Source of the DNA: Octopus sinensis
Lineage: Eukaryota
Reading direction: 5' to 3'
DNA length: 64,000 bases
NCBI RefSeq assembly: GCF_006345805.1
Contig: NC_043007.1
Span: 74,090,001-74,154,000, forward strand
The notes below the pieces were generated by a model. It was not told the DNA's origin. It did not search any database and saw nothing but the letters and a program-made list of their open reading frames with translations. A program made the position numbers and the translations under genes. This document shows, piece after piece, positions 41,786-56,680 of the stretch (its first letter is position 1; the number at the start of each line of letters is the position of its first letter).

Positions 41786-43154
41786 AACTGTCTAAAACGC
41801 ATCCTCAGATATTTATATTAGAACGTTAGTGTTTCATTAAGCTGTTATGGGACATTCTTTCAAGTCCTTTTCACCAACAGGGCTGTTAAACAAAATTTCG
41901 TTGTTCTTTCGTCAACCGTCTTTGTTATCATCAATTATTATCTAACATCGCCTTTATAAATTCATGGAAGAGATCCTACCGTACATTAGAACAAGTAGAA
42001 AGTTCCGTGCAGTTACTCATTGCTTCATTAAGAGATAGCTCTACGAAACCCTCCTTAGACAAATTGTATTTGTTGATGACGCTTTCTTAATCTCTTACAA
42101 TGGTGACAAACTACATCTGATCATTACTTGGCTTATAATTGCCTGAAAAACAGTTTGGACCGAAATCCAGTGTAGACTAATATCATGGACTAGAACTTCT
42201 ACAAATTGCTCTAAATCTACCTTAAATTACCACCAGAAATTGTTGTCTCAATATAAAAGGCGGCGAGCTGGCAGATTTGTTAGTACATCGGACAAAATGC
42301 TCGGGGGTATTTTTTCCTGTTTTATATTTTGAGTTCAAATGTCGCCGAGGTTGATAAAATCAATGCCAGTCAATCGCTGGTGTTGATGTCGTCGACTACC
42401 CCCGCGCATCCTAGAATTGCTGGCTTTGGGCCAAAACAGTTATATCCATTTCTCTTATCTCTAACGTCATGTCGAAACTGAAGGAAAATAATTGAGAAAC
42501 AACCGTAGATTCGAAATACCAAAGCAAAAACAAGCAAAGAACCTGCCTTTGATATAGAAAACTGAATATATATCAAAGAACCTCTTTCTTCAGTAAATTC
42601 AGTGTTTGGCTTGTGTCGACTGCTACCAGCTTTTAAGCTTTCAGAACTTTTACGAAGGTGGCTTTGTGTTGGCTAAGAAAGGTAGATTACTTAAAAGCAA
42701 TGGCCGATGACAATTAAAGAACAACAATAAAGAGGAAGATAAATAAAACAGTTGATTTATAGGAAGTGCAATACAAATATATCTCCCATTGTTTATTCTA
42801 AACCAGTTGAAGGAGAAACAATCATATAAATCTTCGTACATTTACCTATTTTTCAAACTATAGAAGTTTAGTGAATCATCAGTTGTAAAGCTCTCTGCTT
42901 AAACAGAGAAAGACTTGGAATCTTTCATCATGTGTGAACTGGTGACTAGCTTTGAAAAAGATGTTGACTTCAACCATATTGGGGTAGGGCTGTTTTCTTT
43001 TTGTAATGCTTAGAACATGATCTCCCTTAGATTTGCAGACAAAATATACACACACACACACACATATATATACACACACACATATACACACACATATATA
43101 TATATACACGCACACACATATACACACACACATACTCACACACACACAATTAAT

Positions 43155-43845
43155 TAGATGGTCTGTCGTTCTCGAAGATGACCAAGTACATCACATGGGA
43201 GAGATGACGGGTCACCGAGTGTTCAGCTGCGGCCAATCAGTTCGATGCATGTATGGAAGGCTCTACCGCAGGTCGGGCATTAGAAGTTTCCTGGGACAGA
43301 AGGAGAGGGGTTGGCTCTGGGTTTGCGCAGTTTGTGATATCTTTTGTGTCCTTGCAATCCTGTTCCGTTCGTAGGAGGTGGCACCACTGTTGGTGCAAAT
43401 TCGGCTGGCAGGGCGGTTCTTGTGCTTGCGTTTCCCAGGTGTTTATCTGAAACCTCCCCAGTAAGGCTTTGAACGTATCAATGAGGAGCTTTCTTTGTCA
43501 CCTTACGTGCGATTGCCAGTTCGCTCTAAAACAGTCTCTTGGTGAGTCGTGTGTCTGGCATTTGCACAAGACGGCCTGCCCACCTGACATTTGCACACCT
43601 CAGCAGTGTGTAAATGCCTGGCAGATCAGCTCGAGAGAGTACATCCGTGTCTGCGACCTTGTCTTGCCAGGTGATTTTCAACAGCACTCTCAGACAGGTC
43701 ATGTAGAAGTGGCTTAGCCTTTTGCCGTGCCGTTTTGTAAATCGTTCTAGTCTCACAGGCATACAGTAGCAAAAGCAGTACAGCTGCTTGTTACACCTTC
43801 AACTTGGTGGCCAGCCTAATCCCTCTTCTCTCCCACGAATGTGTA
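43155..43845 (-). pseudogene. RTE/BovB-like LINE 3' fragment
   Basis: FYMTCLRVLLKITWQDKVADTDVLSRADLPGI..LLR...RWAGRLVQMPDTRLTKRLF. Confidence 0.9.
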
Positions 43846-44149
43846 TAGAAGTCCACACACCACACATACATTTGGATTTCAGATAAAGTAGATCTGTGTA
43901 TGAGTCCACCAGTTCAGAGGTTGCAAGGAAAATCATTAGTTTCGAGTGCTTTGTTGGGGCGCTCCACCCCAGCTGTCTTTACTCTTAAAATATGGATGAT
44001 GTAATTGTTTTTGCTATTGTATAGAATGTTTTACTTGGATGATACGATAGGACATTACGACTGTTATGTATAAAATCTCTTCCCTCATACTGTCTCTTCT
44101 AAAATTGTCCGTCAATATCACTATTCATGTAGAAGTTTCTACTTGATGT

Positions 44150-44950
44150 TGAGATATTGAGGACGGTTTTGATGTTGAAGGAGTAGATTGTTAATATCTT
44201 CGTATCCCAAACATTCCTATCAATGCTATGTCACAAATATATTTTATATGAAGAATGCTCTAGCTCATATTTTTTTAAGCCTATATTTTCTGTCATGTCT
44301 TATGAACACAGTTTATCTATACATATATTGTCATGTTCACGCGTGATTCTTTCACATTCACTCGTCTCAATCAACAGACGACAGCTAAAAAATTTTATCG
44401 TCGCTTTTACAGCAACTTCTACTCTTTTTCTTTTTAAAACTACGAATTGATGACAAATGGTTCTTTGTGTAACGTTATTGGTATTTCTTTCCAAATGCAG
44501 GACATTTTTAGAAAATGTTTTCATTTTGACCAGGTGATAAATATCGGCAACTCTTCTAAATAAGAATTATCGACTCTTTTAAAAACTCGATATCATGTTG
44601 CATGAAATTCAAACAGGTATCGAGTGACATAATTCCTAACCGCAGCTGTTTCAACAGTCTTGATCTATGGAATATATGAAAGATATATATCTTCAATGAA
44701 TCTCATTTATGTCATTTTCATAAATATCAAGTTATTTATTGCAATCGTTGATTGAATCTGAGGAGACAGATGGCCGATTGAAATGAATATTTCTTGTTTT
44801 GTTGCAGCTATTTTTCCCTATGCAACAATTTAATGCTAATGTTTCTTTGACCAAATTCTATATCTACATCAATCAGTTGAAAACTTCGTTATTAAGTCTA
44901 GTTGTTTCTCTGCATGATGTTGATGGCTTGATCAATGACAAATGAAATGT
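44150..44950 (-). pseudogene. Possible hAT transposase C-terminal relic
   Basis: AVKATI...IETSECERITREHDNICID loosely resembles the hAT dimerisation motif (PVSTAECERGFS.MN); heavily decayed. Confidence 0.35.
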
Positions 44951-45768
44951 ATGACAATAGCTGTTCTCATTATTCTTAACCTAACATATAATCGCTGTGT
45001 TTTGTAAAAGAAACTATAATGGGTTTTGTGTCAAAATAAACAGAAGTATAAAGACACTTTCGGTTTGAAGAATGGGTATCGTTAACTGGGACTAAGTCTT
45101 TTAAATGGCACCTCATATTTCCAACAAGTGTGCAATTTCCCAGATGCTGCGTGAAAAATCAAACAGTTTTATGTAAGCATCCCTATTGCAGTAAAGCTTT
45201 CTCTTTTATTTTGTTTCGTTTTCCCTTTATCACATTACATTATATAACAGCTTTATTAATTAAAAGTTGTTCGCAAATCCACACAGCCCCCCCCCCACCA
45301 CCACCACCACCTCACCGTTACTTGCTTACCATTTACAATCGTGCTGGACTTGAATTAATTCTGGGGGAATTGATTTTAAACAATTTGTATAAAGCTTATA
45401 CATAACATTTAATCAAGCAATCAGTATTTGGTTTTCTAACAAGTCGCTGTTTATAGTTTTGACAACAAGAGGCGTCCATGTTATGGCAAAGTAATTTCCT
45501 ATATTAATTTCATCCAATATAGAAGTTGTAAATATAGATGAATAGTATTCTGTAGATTAACACAGGGGAAACGAGAAGATTACTGCGTGTGGAGAGGCAC
45601 TCACCTTTCGGGAGCAAGTCTATAGAGGGCGGGTGCGAAATTTCTACTGTCTTATCAGGCCTGTTAGTTAAAGCAGGGGCGTCAAGAGAGTTTTTGACCC
45701 CAGGTCATGAAAACCCTCACTACAGCCATGTTAATATCTTTTTGTTATGATTATTGATATTTTCTTTA

Positions 45769-46660
45769 AGGCGGCGAGCTGACAGAATTGTTAGCATGCC
45801 GGCCAAAATGCTTATCGGTCTTGACGTTATGAATTTGAATTCAGCCGAAGTCAGCTTTACCTTCCATCCTTTCGGTACCGATAAAATAAGTACCAGTTGA
45901 GGACTGGGGTCGATGTAATCGACTTATCTCCTTTCCCGAACTTGTTGGCCTTGTGCCAAAATTTGAAACTAATTTCTTATTTTATTGTTAATGTTTTCTG
46001 TAAGGTGGCGAGCTGGCAGAATTGTTGGCGTGAAGGCCAAAATGCACACCAGCATTTTGTCCGTCTTTTCGTTCTGAGGTCGACTTTACATTTCATCCTT
46101 TCGGCATCAATAAAGTACCAGTGAAGCGCTGGGGCCAGTGTAATCGACTAGTCTAATCCACCAAAATTTCAGACCTTGGGAAAGGATTATTAATCATTAG
46201 ACTGTGGCCATGCTGGGACACCGGCTTGAAGAATTTTTAGCCGAATGAATCGACACCAGTACTTATTCTATCGGTTTTGTTTACCGAACCGCTTCGTTAC
46301 AGAAACACACACACACCTATCTATTTACTGAATCCTAAAATATAAAAAGTGAAACTGACATTATGAGATTTGAACCCAGACAGCAGAGAACCAGAGCAGA
46401 CACCGCACTGCAATCTGTCTGATGCATTTACGACTGCTATCTCGCTCACATACTTATCTACCCATACTCCTCGGACAAGCATATGAGGGTGTGAGCAGAC
46501 GTAGCTGTATGTCTGAGAAGCTTGCTTCCCAACCATGTGGTAGTGGGTCCAGTTCCACTACATGACACCTTGGGCAAGTGTTTTCTACTGTAGCCCTGGG
46601 CCAACCAAAGCCTTTTGAGTGGATTTGGTGGATGGGAACTGTTCAGAAGCTCGTCGTATA
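45769..46660. mobile_element. Cluster of old family A (45769-46180) and family C fragments
   Basis: Degenerate family motifs. Confidence 0.75.
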
Positions 46661-46664
46661 TATA

Positions 46665-46715
<51 letters not shown>

Positions 46716-46723
46716 TATATATT

Positions 46724-46754
<31 letters not shown>

Positions 46755-48644
46755 CGTCAGTAAATCATAAATCCGAAAGAGAAGCACACTCTAAGTTGTT
46801 CAGCAGTAGAGTAATTAGATAAAGATAGTTCTATGGGGATTACCCTGGGTTTCACGTCCATAAAGTGCTTAGCTTTACTGCGTCTCTTCAGGCCCAAATG
46901 GCCGATGGCCTATGACCTCCCTTTAAAGTGGAGAAAGAAAAGACCTCATGGCTGGTTGTAGAACACATGGACAAAGGATATATATATCACGAAGACGCCT
47001 CGGAAACAAACTGATGAGAAAAATCCGCAGCGAATGGTCCTTGTATCATGTTTATCCTTTTTTCTTCGTTATTTTTTCCGTCCGTTATGTTTTCGCTCAG
47101 TTTTCGTCTAAGTTTTCCCTTCGTTGTGTTCTTTCTGTTTAACCTTTGGAATACATATAGCTGGTGTACCCGGTAATTCCCGGAGGTAAAGATGTTCTAT
47201 TGAAACGCTTTATTACTCTGATATAAGAAAGCAATTTCGTTATAACTGCCACAAAAGGTGTATTTTCCGTCAGGAAAAAGTACAAAATACTGTCAGCTGG
47301 AGGAGGGAGAGATTGTTGGAGGTTGGCGAGAAAGATTGCCGGAGGTTGGTGAGAGAGGTTCTCGAAGGTTGGTGAGAGGGAAAGACATCATTCTGCTTAA
47401 CGAAGGCATCTGGGAAATGTAAACTGCTGTCATTCGCAGAAAAACTATTGTTTTACCGTGAGAAAAGTGCTGTTGAAGTGAAATTTGGCAATCAAGGATC
47501 GAATCCACGCTATGCCTGGATGAAGTCACTACAAATACTCTGTGGAATAAAAAAAATTTATCTACTGTCATGGAAAAAGTGTAGCTGTAAAAATGCAGAA
47601 TTATCGGAGTAATGGGAATTGAAAAAAGTATGTATGTATAGAAATGTATGAATGAAGCCTTTAAGGTTTAAGATTCAAATTAAGAAAGTGCAATAATAAT
47701 GTTTAGCAGTTCAAAACTATGTGTAGTGAAATTCAGAATTAGGTCGGCTGATCGTAAGAATCAAATATTGAGCGCTTCGCTAAAATCTGCAGGTGGTATG
47801 GGCTATTTCCCCTGGGTTGTTTGAATAAAATATTAGTAATATGTAGTAGATAGAAGGATCCTATGGAAGGGCACTATTATCGATTTTTTTCAACAATCTA
47901 AGTATGTCAGGAGGTTTCCAGACATGAGTTCTGCTCACGAGTCAAATAAAGTATAAAAGTGATATTGTCTGCAAAAATTAGAAATAGGACACACAAAAAC
48001 AAAATGACAAACGAAATACCTACAAACATTTTTGCACGGCTTGCTACCGATTCTGCCAGCTCACCGCCCTAATTTGTTTTCTTATATTAATTATATGTAA
48101 TGTGGCAAACTAAATATAATGTAATGATAAATAATTATATTTGAATATATTAGTCAATTTGTATTCATAAAAATGTAATAAGGTAAATAATTAAATATAG
48201 CTTAATGAAATTAAATATAATGTAAATTTGTTTTTTTTCCGCCTCGTGCACTGCTATTCTAAATATATCGAAATTATTTGGAATTTGTAAGCACCAACCA
48301 ACCGTATGATTTCGACGAGTCAGAAATGGAACGAGTTGTTTTCGGTGTTTCAACAACCACCTCCCAGACCTCTCTAGTTATGTCTTTTGCACTCCACACA
48401 CCACCTGACATCGGTCAAGTTTAGTAAGGTTTACGACGAGAACGACAACGTTGTAGAATTTATTCGTTTAATTCCAAAAAGGAAGTTTGTTTATTAAAAA
48501 TATTTTATTGTTAATAATGCACTACAAAAGAGATGCAACCGAATGTAGGGAATTTTGTTTTATATTTTGGTTTATTTCTGATTTTGTATCTCGATTTAGA
48601 ACGTAAGCCCGAAGTTGTTGAAACTTCTATCTTTATTATTATTA

Positions 48645-48704
<60 letters not shown>

Positions 48705-49881
48705 TTTATTTATTTATTATTTTTTTTTTTAAAAATTTAATTTAATTTTTTTGCAATGAATTCAACAATAAAATCTGTCGAATCTACCTCACCTGTAGAA
48801 TCGACGTTATTTACCGGTGATTTAAAAATGATGTGACGTCAGTTAACCCGGGGGGGAGTTTAAGGAAAACAACTCACCTGCTGTCTTGGATATGTTGAAA
48901 GAAAAACAAAACGAAAATGAAAGAAATAGAAAGAAAACAAACCCAACTAAATAAAAAAAAATATACCATAATTCATAGTAAATAGAAGAGCACTGTCGCT
49001 TGCTTGAAGCGTTTTGATGCTGAAGTAAAATAATAAAATAATGGAAAAGAACTTCAAATAATGCAGAAAGGGAAAGTTAAGTAACCTGACATATTTAAAG
49101 ATTACTTTTTTGCATTGTTAGAAGCTCTCCATCTTCATTATAGTAAACAGTAAAGGATGGTTTCAAAATGTAAAAAAAAAACCCAAAATACTGAATAAAT
49201 AAATGCAAAATAAAGGAACAAACACTCTACTTCAAGTATACATTGCACTAGAGGACATTGGTGTGCCCTTCTAAAGGATTTTGAGGTTAGCCAAAACACT
49301 CACAAAGTTACTGTAGGTGCAGTGACGTAGCAATAATGTGTGCTCTTAAGTTTTCCACACTCGCACTCTGTCTCCTATTTCAGGCTTATGCAGCACACCC
49401 CAAAAGTATCTCCCACAGAAAAGCGCCGCCTGGAGCGGACCAGCCCCATCGCCCTCACTAGATATGCTACTACGCTTTTGATTGCATGGCTGAGACCGCT
49501 GGAACGACCAAGCACCTTCACAGTTATTATCTAATGCTACCAAAGTAATTTAAAGTACACGGACTGAGGTTGACTTTAGTGTTCAACCTTCTGAGGGTCG
49601 GTAAGCTTGTAGAACGACCGTGCGATAGGAAAGGTGATGAATGAATGGCTCCTTTAATACACCGCACGGTCGCTTACAATAAAAGCAAAATGGATAAATG
49701 AGTACAAGTGCCAGAAGGAAAAGAAAGACGACATAACCGTAGAATGTTTAAGAGAAGCTTTTATTTATGTGTTAACATGTATGTGTCTGTGTGTGCAACA
49801 TAAGTACATATATAAAAATAACAATAGACAGGCCGTCATGCATACATTATATGTATGTGTGTACAAGCAAGGGTGTATGCA

Positions 49882-50551
49882 TGTGAAATAAAATACAGAG
49901 CATTGAAAGAGTCTACAATAGGACGCTAGAAGAAGTTCAGACACAATGAAGATAAATACCAGTTCCTAGTAAGGTACACAATAGTTGAAGAGCTGTAACA
50001 AGAAGTTGTGGCGTAGAAGCAGAGCCGGTTGAAGCACGTGTCGTGTAAGCGGTTGTGGCTACTATGCCACTGCCGATCACTTGATACCGGAAGATCTCAC
50101 AGGTTGTTGTACTTTCTGTTAACCACTTTGAAGTAATTCACGAGGAGTTGAACCTGAGCGAATGTTGCGGTGTACGTAGAGATGTTGTTGGCGTCGTTAA
50201 GAAGACCAAGGCGATGGAGATGGAGGTCCTGATGCTGCTGGTGTTGTCTGTCACTGGAACTGGCAGTGTGCTCTGTGGTCAATGGTTATACCTTAGAAGG
50301 TCTAGAACTAAAGACGAAATACGATGAATTGCTGAAGTTTTATAGCCTATTATCGGCTCAAACGGAGCTTTAGAAAAAACTGTGTCACGGGACCTTATCA
50401 GGTTGCGATTGGTTGGGTTGCATATTGGCGCACAATAGAGCAAGGGACAAATTGAGCCAATACCAACCAATCGGAGTAGTGGACACAACAGGGTCCAAGC
50501 TATCGAAGGCTAGCTGTTATCTGCTACGTCCGTATTTATGTTATATATAAC

Positions 50552-50552
<1 letters not shown>
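49882..50552 (-). mobile_element. Possible solo LTR or promoter-bearing repeat
   Basis: Minus strand starts TGTTATA and has CCAAT boxes upstream of TATAAAA; GC-richer than flanks; no clean TSD and the left boundary is uncertain. Confidence 0.3.
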
Positions 50553-50624
<72 letters not shown>

Positions 50625-51259
50625 TCACTAAGCGTCATCTACAAGCTAAACTACTAAAGAAATATTGAGATCGATTTAATCAACTATGCTATCTCTCAAA
50701 CCGAGGCTTTCTCCTCGTGTAAATAATCAATAATTAACTAACATAGAATGACATTTAATGCGTATTATTTATTGAAGATAAACATGAACTTTATAAATTA
50801 GGGGCCAATTTTTCATAAACTAAAACACATCATCAAAGGGGCTTTAGAGATAGTTTAAAATAAATAAAATAACCATCACAGATTAAATAAATATTTCCTT
50901 GTTATAATATTACGCTTCAGTGTAGATTCAAAGTTGACTGAATCAATATGGAAATACAATCGATATACAAACACTGAACTAACATTAAAAATACACATAA
51001 TTCAAACAGTGGAATTAGTTAGAAAAGAAGGGAAAGCTAGTTTCAGCTAAAATTCTTCGGCAGCTTTGAACGGTGAATAAGTCAACCCAACAACTCTTCA
51101 AAGACCCGTATTTTAACTCATTATCAACGTCAGAGACTTGCTGTCTGGGTAGGCATTTTCTTAATGATTCAGTATTTATTTTTTTATGATTAATAATTAT
51201 ATATTTACACACTTGTCTAAGGTAAGCACTGCACACCTTGTCCGCCTATACATATTCTT

Positions 51260-51429
51260 TTATCCTTTCATTCTTTCACTTGTTTCCGTCATTTGACTGC
51301 GGCCATAGTGGGGCACCGCCTTGACGGGTAGTAGCCGAATAAATCGACCCCTGGACTTAAACACACCAACAGCGGTTGTCAAACGCTGATGGAGTGAGAA
51401 GCACAGACACAAAGACACACATACATACA

Positions 51430-51461
<32 letters not shown>

Positions 51462-51608
51462 CACAACAGACTTCTCCCAGTTTCCGTCAATCAAATCCAC
51501 TCACAAGGCTTTGGTCGGCCCGAGACTATAGTTGAAGACACTTGTCCAAGGTGCCACGCAGTGGGACTGAACCCGGAACCATGAGGTTGGGAAGCAAGCT
51601 TCTTACCA
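51260..51608 (-). mobile_element. SINE family C with internal (TACA)n
   Basis: Family motifs. Confidence 0.83.
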
Positions 51609-52222
51609 ACAATCATGCACACACACATACGTACATACATGTACGTATGTGTGCATGTGTGTGTGCGTGTGTGTGTGTGTGTGTGTGTGGAAAATGGGCT
51701 CAGATTCCAAAAGTTAACATTTAGTGTTATAAAAGACATTTGTACTCAGGAGGTGCTTATGCTAATGGTACAGACCACTTAGACGGAATTTGAGAGGTAC
51801 AAGGTTCGATTATCCGTACACGCTTGCTGGTCGCTTTTCTTTTCTGCCCCCTTAGGGTGTCTACCCTCTCTTCGAAGCTGTTTCCACAGCTATTCCGCGT
51901 TCGAAATTTACTTTTTTTTTTGTATGTGTATATATATATATATATATATTTACATGAAAAGTTTTTTGCGTAATGAGATAAAAAAAAAGCCATGGCTATG
52001 TAGATATTAGAACATTTATAGATAGAAGGTCTTACAGCTGTTTCCAAGATATTTATAATTATATCCCTTCATCGGAGACGGTGTGAGAGGATGGTTAAGT
52101 AATAATTAATTTAAATGGGATACAAAATAGAGAGTGAAGTAGAGGAAAGAAAATAGATGTGAGATATGTAGGGATATTGAATTTGTAGATCCGTTGTTTA
52201 GGCAGAATGGTATATATGTAAG

Positions 52223-52604
52223 GGAGGCGCAATGGCCCAGTGGTTAGGGCAGCGGACTCGCGGTCATAGGATCGCGGTTTCGATTCCCAGACCGGGCGTT
52301 GTGAGTGTTTATTGAGCGAAAACACCTAAAGCTCCACGAGGCTCCGGCAGGGGTGGTGGTGATCCCTGTTGTACTCTTTCACCACAACTTTCTCTCACTC
52401 TTACTTCCTGTTTCTGTTGTACCTGTATTTCAAGGGGCCGGCCTTGTCACTCTCTGTGTCACGCTGGATATCCCCGAGAACTACGTTAAGGGTACACGTG
52501 TCTGTGGAGTGCTCAGCCACTTACACGTTAATTTCACGAGCAGGCTGTTCCGTTGATTCGGATCAACCGGAACCCTCGTCGTCGTAACCGACGGAGTGCT
52601 TCCC
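52223..52604 (+). mobile_element. SINE family B (H1+T1), young full copy
   Basis: TSD atatatgtaag at 52212-52222 and 52605-52615. Confidence 0.92.
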
Positions 52605-52732
52605 ATATATGTAAGATTCATAAGGTATTGTCGTCCGGACAACCCTGTAGTTTATAGTTTGAAAAGGCAAAGACAATAATATTGACCAAGCTTACAGCCC
52701 CATGGGAAGAAGGATGGGTTCAAGCCTTTGAA

Positions 52733-52793
52733 TGGAAACATACTAAGTGTGGGAGTCTTCTGTAAGAAGACTCTCATACTTAGTATGGTTCCA
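52733..52793 (+). other. Isolated 61-nt hairpin (29-bp stem)
   Basis: tggaaacatactaagtgtgggagtcttct-gta-agaagactctcatacttagtatggttcca. Confidence 0.85.
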
Positions 52794-52924
52794 CCAACGG
52801 GAGGCTATTATGGCTCAGGATTGAATTACCCAATTATTATTGAGATATCATCTGACGACACCAATTCCTCCAAAAAGTAAACTAAGAAACATCTTTTAGT
52901 TGTTATCTCTATCATATCTTTTTA

Positions 52925-53334
52925 TCTCTTTTTCTTTTTTACATGTTTCAGTCATTTGACTGCGGCCATGATGTGGCACCGCCTTCAAGCGTTTTAGTCG
53001 AACAAATCAACCCTAGGACTTATGGTTTTGAAGCGTAGTACTTCTTTTATGGGCTCTTTTGCCGGACCGCTAAGTTACAGGGATGTAAACAACGTCACCA
53101 CTGATTGTCAAGAGACGGAGGGAGACAAACATAGACACAGAGATACACACACACACACACACACACATATACGGTGGGCTTCTTTCAGTTTCCGTCTACT
53201 AAATCCACTCACAAGGATTTGGTCGGCCCGAGGCTATAGTAGAAGACCCTTGCCTAAGGTGCCACACAGTGGGACTGAACATGGAACCAAGTGGTTGGGA
53301 AACAAGCTTCTTACCACACAACCATGCCTGCGCC
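52925..53334 (-). mobile_element. SINE family C
   Basis: Family motifs; internal (CA)n. Confidence 0.85.
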
Positions 53335-53359
53335 CATATATGTGTGTGTGTGTTATTTT

Positions 53360-53747
<388 letters not shown>

Positions 53748-54127
53748 GGCTTTTGTTTGAAAGATATATTGAAGACACGACTATGTTCGAATTCAATCCT
53801 TTTTAGAAACGATTTTTTTCCTATTTCCTTATTAATGTTGAATGCATTTAAAGCAAGAAGCCATTGCAGCACATTATAATAATAATACAGAACACAAAAG
53901 AAAAACTAAATAGAAAATCGTTAGTTGAGAGCACGCCTGGCCTGGATAGATTTACTCAGAGAAAAAATATATAAATAAAGAACTATGAAGACCTTATTAA
54001 TAACAAAATATAAACTCTCTCTCAAACTCGGTGTGTGTGTGTGTGTGGGGGGGGGTTCTATTTATCTATCTTTCTATGTCTGCTGCCTCTCTGTCTACTA
54101 ACAGTTGCTCTGTCTGTCCTTCTATCT

Positions 54128-54211
<84 letters not shown>

Positions 54212-54289
54212 CATGGAGAGAGAGAGAGGAGGAGAGAGAGAAAGAAAAAAGATAGGTTGCAAGCTAGGTTGCCAGATGGATATACATAC

Positions 54290-54339
<50 letters not shown>

Positions 54340-54999
54340 ATATATATATATATACACACACACACATATATATATATAACTTGCACCTAAACCATCGAAA
54401 ATATATCTAGTTTTTGTGGTTTTGTTTTTAATATGTTGTCTCTTTATCCTTTTCTCACATAGACTAAACTACATATCAATGTCCTGCGAACATCTATATT
54501 AAACATCGTGGCGTGCGCGCGCATGTTTTCTTCTGTCTCCCGCCTATTTGCATGATTTCTTAAATGACGCGTAGCTCAGTGGTAAAGCTAAGTGGTAAAA
54601 ACTAACGAAAGAGGTTACAAGTTCAACTCTTTTCAAGGACAAAAATGCACAGTGGTGTGTATCAACTTTATTTTCAATAACAGTTTCAAATTTTGGCTCA
54701 TGGTCAGCAATTTCGCGGGAGGGGATCAGTCAATTACATCGATCCTAGTGCTCGACTGGTACTTAATTTATTGATCCCGAAGGGTATGAAATGCAAGGTC
54801 GACCTCAGTGGGATTCGAACTCAGTACGTAAAGACGGACGAAATGCTGCAAAGCATTTTGTTCGGCGTGTCAACGATTCTGCCAGCTCGTTGCCATTATC
54901 TTTATCTTCTATAGTGACTTTCATTGTGGTGGGTTCGTATCTGCGCGAGAAGGAAGACTAATCTGAGCTTGCATCAGGATGACTAGAAACTTATGTCGG

Positions 55000-55183
55000 A
55001 TTTCGTCCTCCGCTACGTTCTGAGTTCAAATTCCGCCGAGGTCGACTTAGCCTTTCATCCTTTCGGGGTCGATAAATTAAGTACCAGTTACGCACTGGGG
55101 TCAATGTAATCGACTTAATCCGTTTTTTTTTTTGTCCTAGTTTGTCCCCTCTATGTTTAGCCCCTTGTGGGCAATAAAGAAAT
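55000..55183 (+). mobile_element. 5'-truncated family A SINE
   Basis: Flanked by agaaactt(at/gg)gtcggatt duplication. Confidence 0.85.
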
Positions 55184-55959
55184 AAGAAACTTGGGTCGGA
55201 TTATGAGTCTGAAGCTATTGAAACCTGTTATTTGGTAAAAGCTATAAATATAATGGCATTCACTGATACATAATCGTTTCATGAAGCATCCAGTAGAGTA
55301 ACAACCATATTTTAGTTTATTAATATTCCCCTACATAGAACCCATCATAGAATCAAGCAAAATGCATATTCGTCATATTATAATGCATAAGTCTTATCAA
55401 GTTTATAATGCACGCCAAACAACCAGAAATGTGCCCCAAAGTCTTATGGTCAAGATGAAGAGAATGAAAGAACTTGCAGAAAATGGGTTGGAAAATTCAG
55501 ACGTGGTAATTTCAATTTGTTTGATAAACCTCGATGACGGCATCCTTCTAAATTGGGAGACGAATTGTTGAAGCAACATTTGCAAGAAATCCTGCTTTAA
55601 AAGTGAGAGTTTTTTTTTTTAACTGAATTAAATGTTATGGGTATGCGGGTGTTCTGAAAATACCTCACGGAGTAACACGATCGTGCCTTGCATAGCTACG
55701 GGCTACTCTTTGGCAAGGCATGGCACCCGTTCAGCCACCCTGTCAAGGATATGGTGAAGTCATAGGACTGCAGTATGGCGGATTATGAAAGCAGAAGAGC
55801 TGAAGAGAGCCAACGGTGCATCATACATTGATGTTGAGCGGGGGAATCCTAGAAGATCAGCGGTCAGGATCACTAAGTTCTATCAAGAGAGTAACTGCAA
55901 CGCATCCATTGGTGTGGCGTCCGTGGGGGTGTAATCAGCTAATAAAAGTTTCACTATGA

Positions 55960-56680
55960 CCCAAGCTCCTAATTCAAATTCATGATTATCGTGTCATGGG
56001 AATCCGTGAAAGTTGCGAAAAAAAAAAATTAGCATTATGACCATTCATAATGATTTGGAGAGGGGAAAAGTTACAAAGTGGTGGAAAATTGATTTTCATG
56101 CCCTTTCGGGAGCAAATCGTTGACAGAGGCGTTGCAGTTTGTATCTAAACCCAAATTTTTTTAATAAAAAAAAACTGTATAGCATCCATGAGAGTGGTTT
56201 AACTAAAAAAAAAAATGTTATTATTTCGAAGAATGTGGAAGGAATTATTCATCTTCAGTTTTTAAGGGCTGTATCAAGCAATCACTTTTGAAGTCTTCTA
56301 ACAGTAACTTTACCATTTCGAAGACTGCTTTGGATATATAACGTCTTACCTTAATAAATCATAGTGAGTGGAGGTTCTCGGTTATCAAGATAATGCTCGA
56401 TTTCAGACTGCACAAGTCACTAAAAATGTTCTGCAATAAATCGGGTGGAAAAACTGCCACACTCAACATATTCTCAGGACTTTGCTACGTCATCTACTTA
56501 GATCTTTGCAAGACCATTTAGAGAGGAAAAGACAGCTAGCAGAGTAGACATAGAAATTGAATTATATACTTATACTTATTCAAAACCAACGGAATTTTTC
56601 AAATTAGGCATTCGAAAACTTACAAATAGATGGGAAAATGATAAAACTGAAGGAAATTATACAGTTATTTAAAGTTTGCA
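55960..56680 (+). pseudogene. Second, older mariner transposase relic
   Basis: QDNARFQTAQVTKN; LPHSTYSQDFATS (cf. HPPYSPDLAPS); SKPTEFFKLGIRKLTNRWE. Confidence 0.8.

Noticed and set aside
47159-47990. Possible Helitron 3' end with helicase remnant
   Set aside because: A hairpin is present but the terminus is imperfect and the protein similarity is too faint to support.
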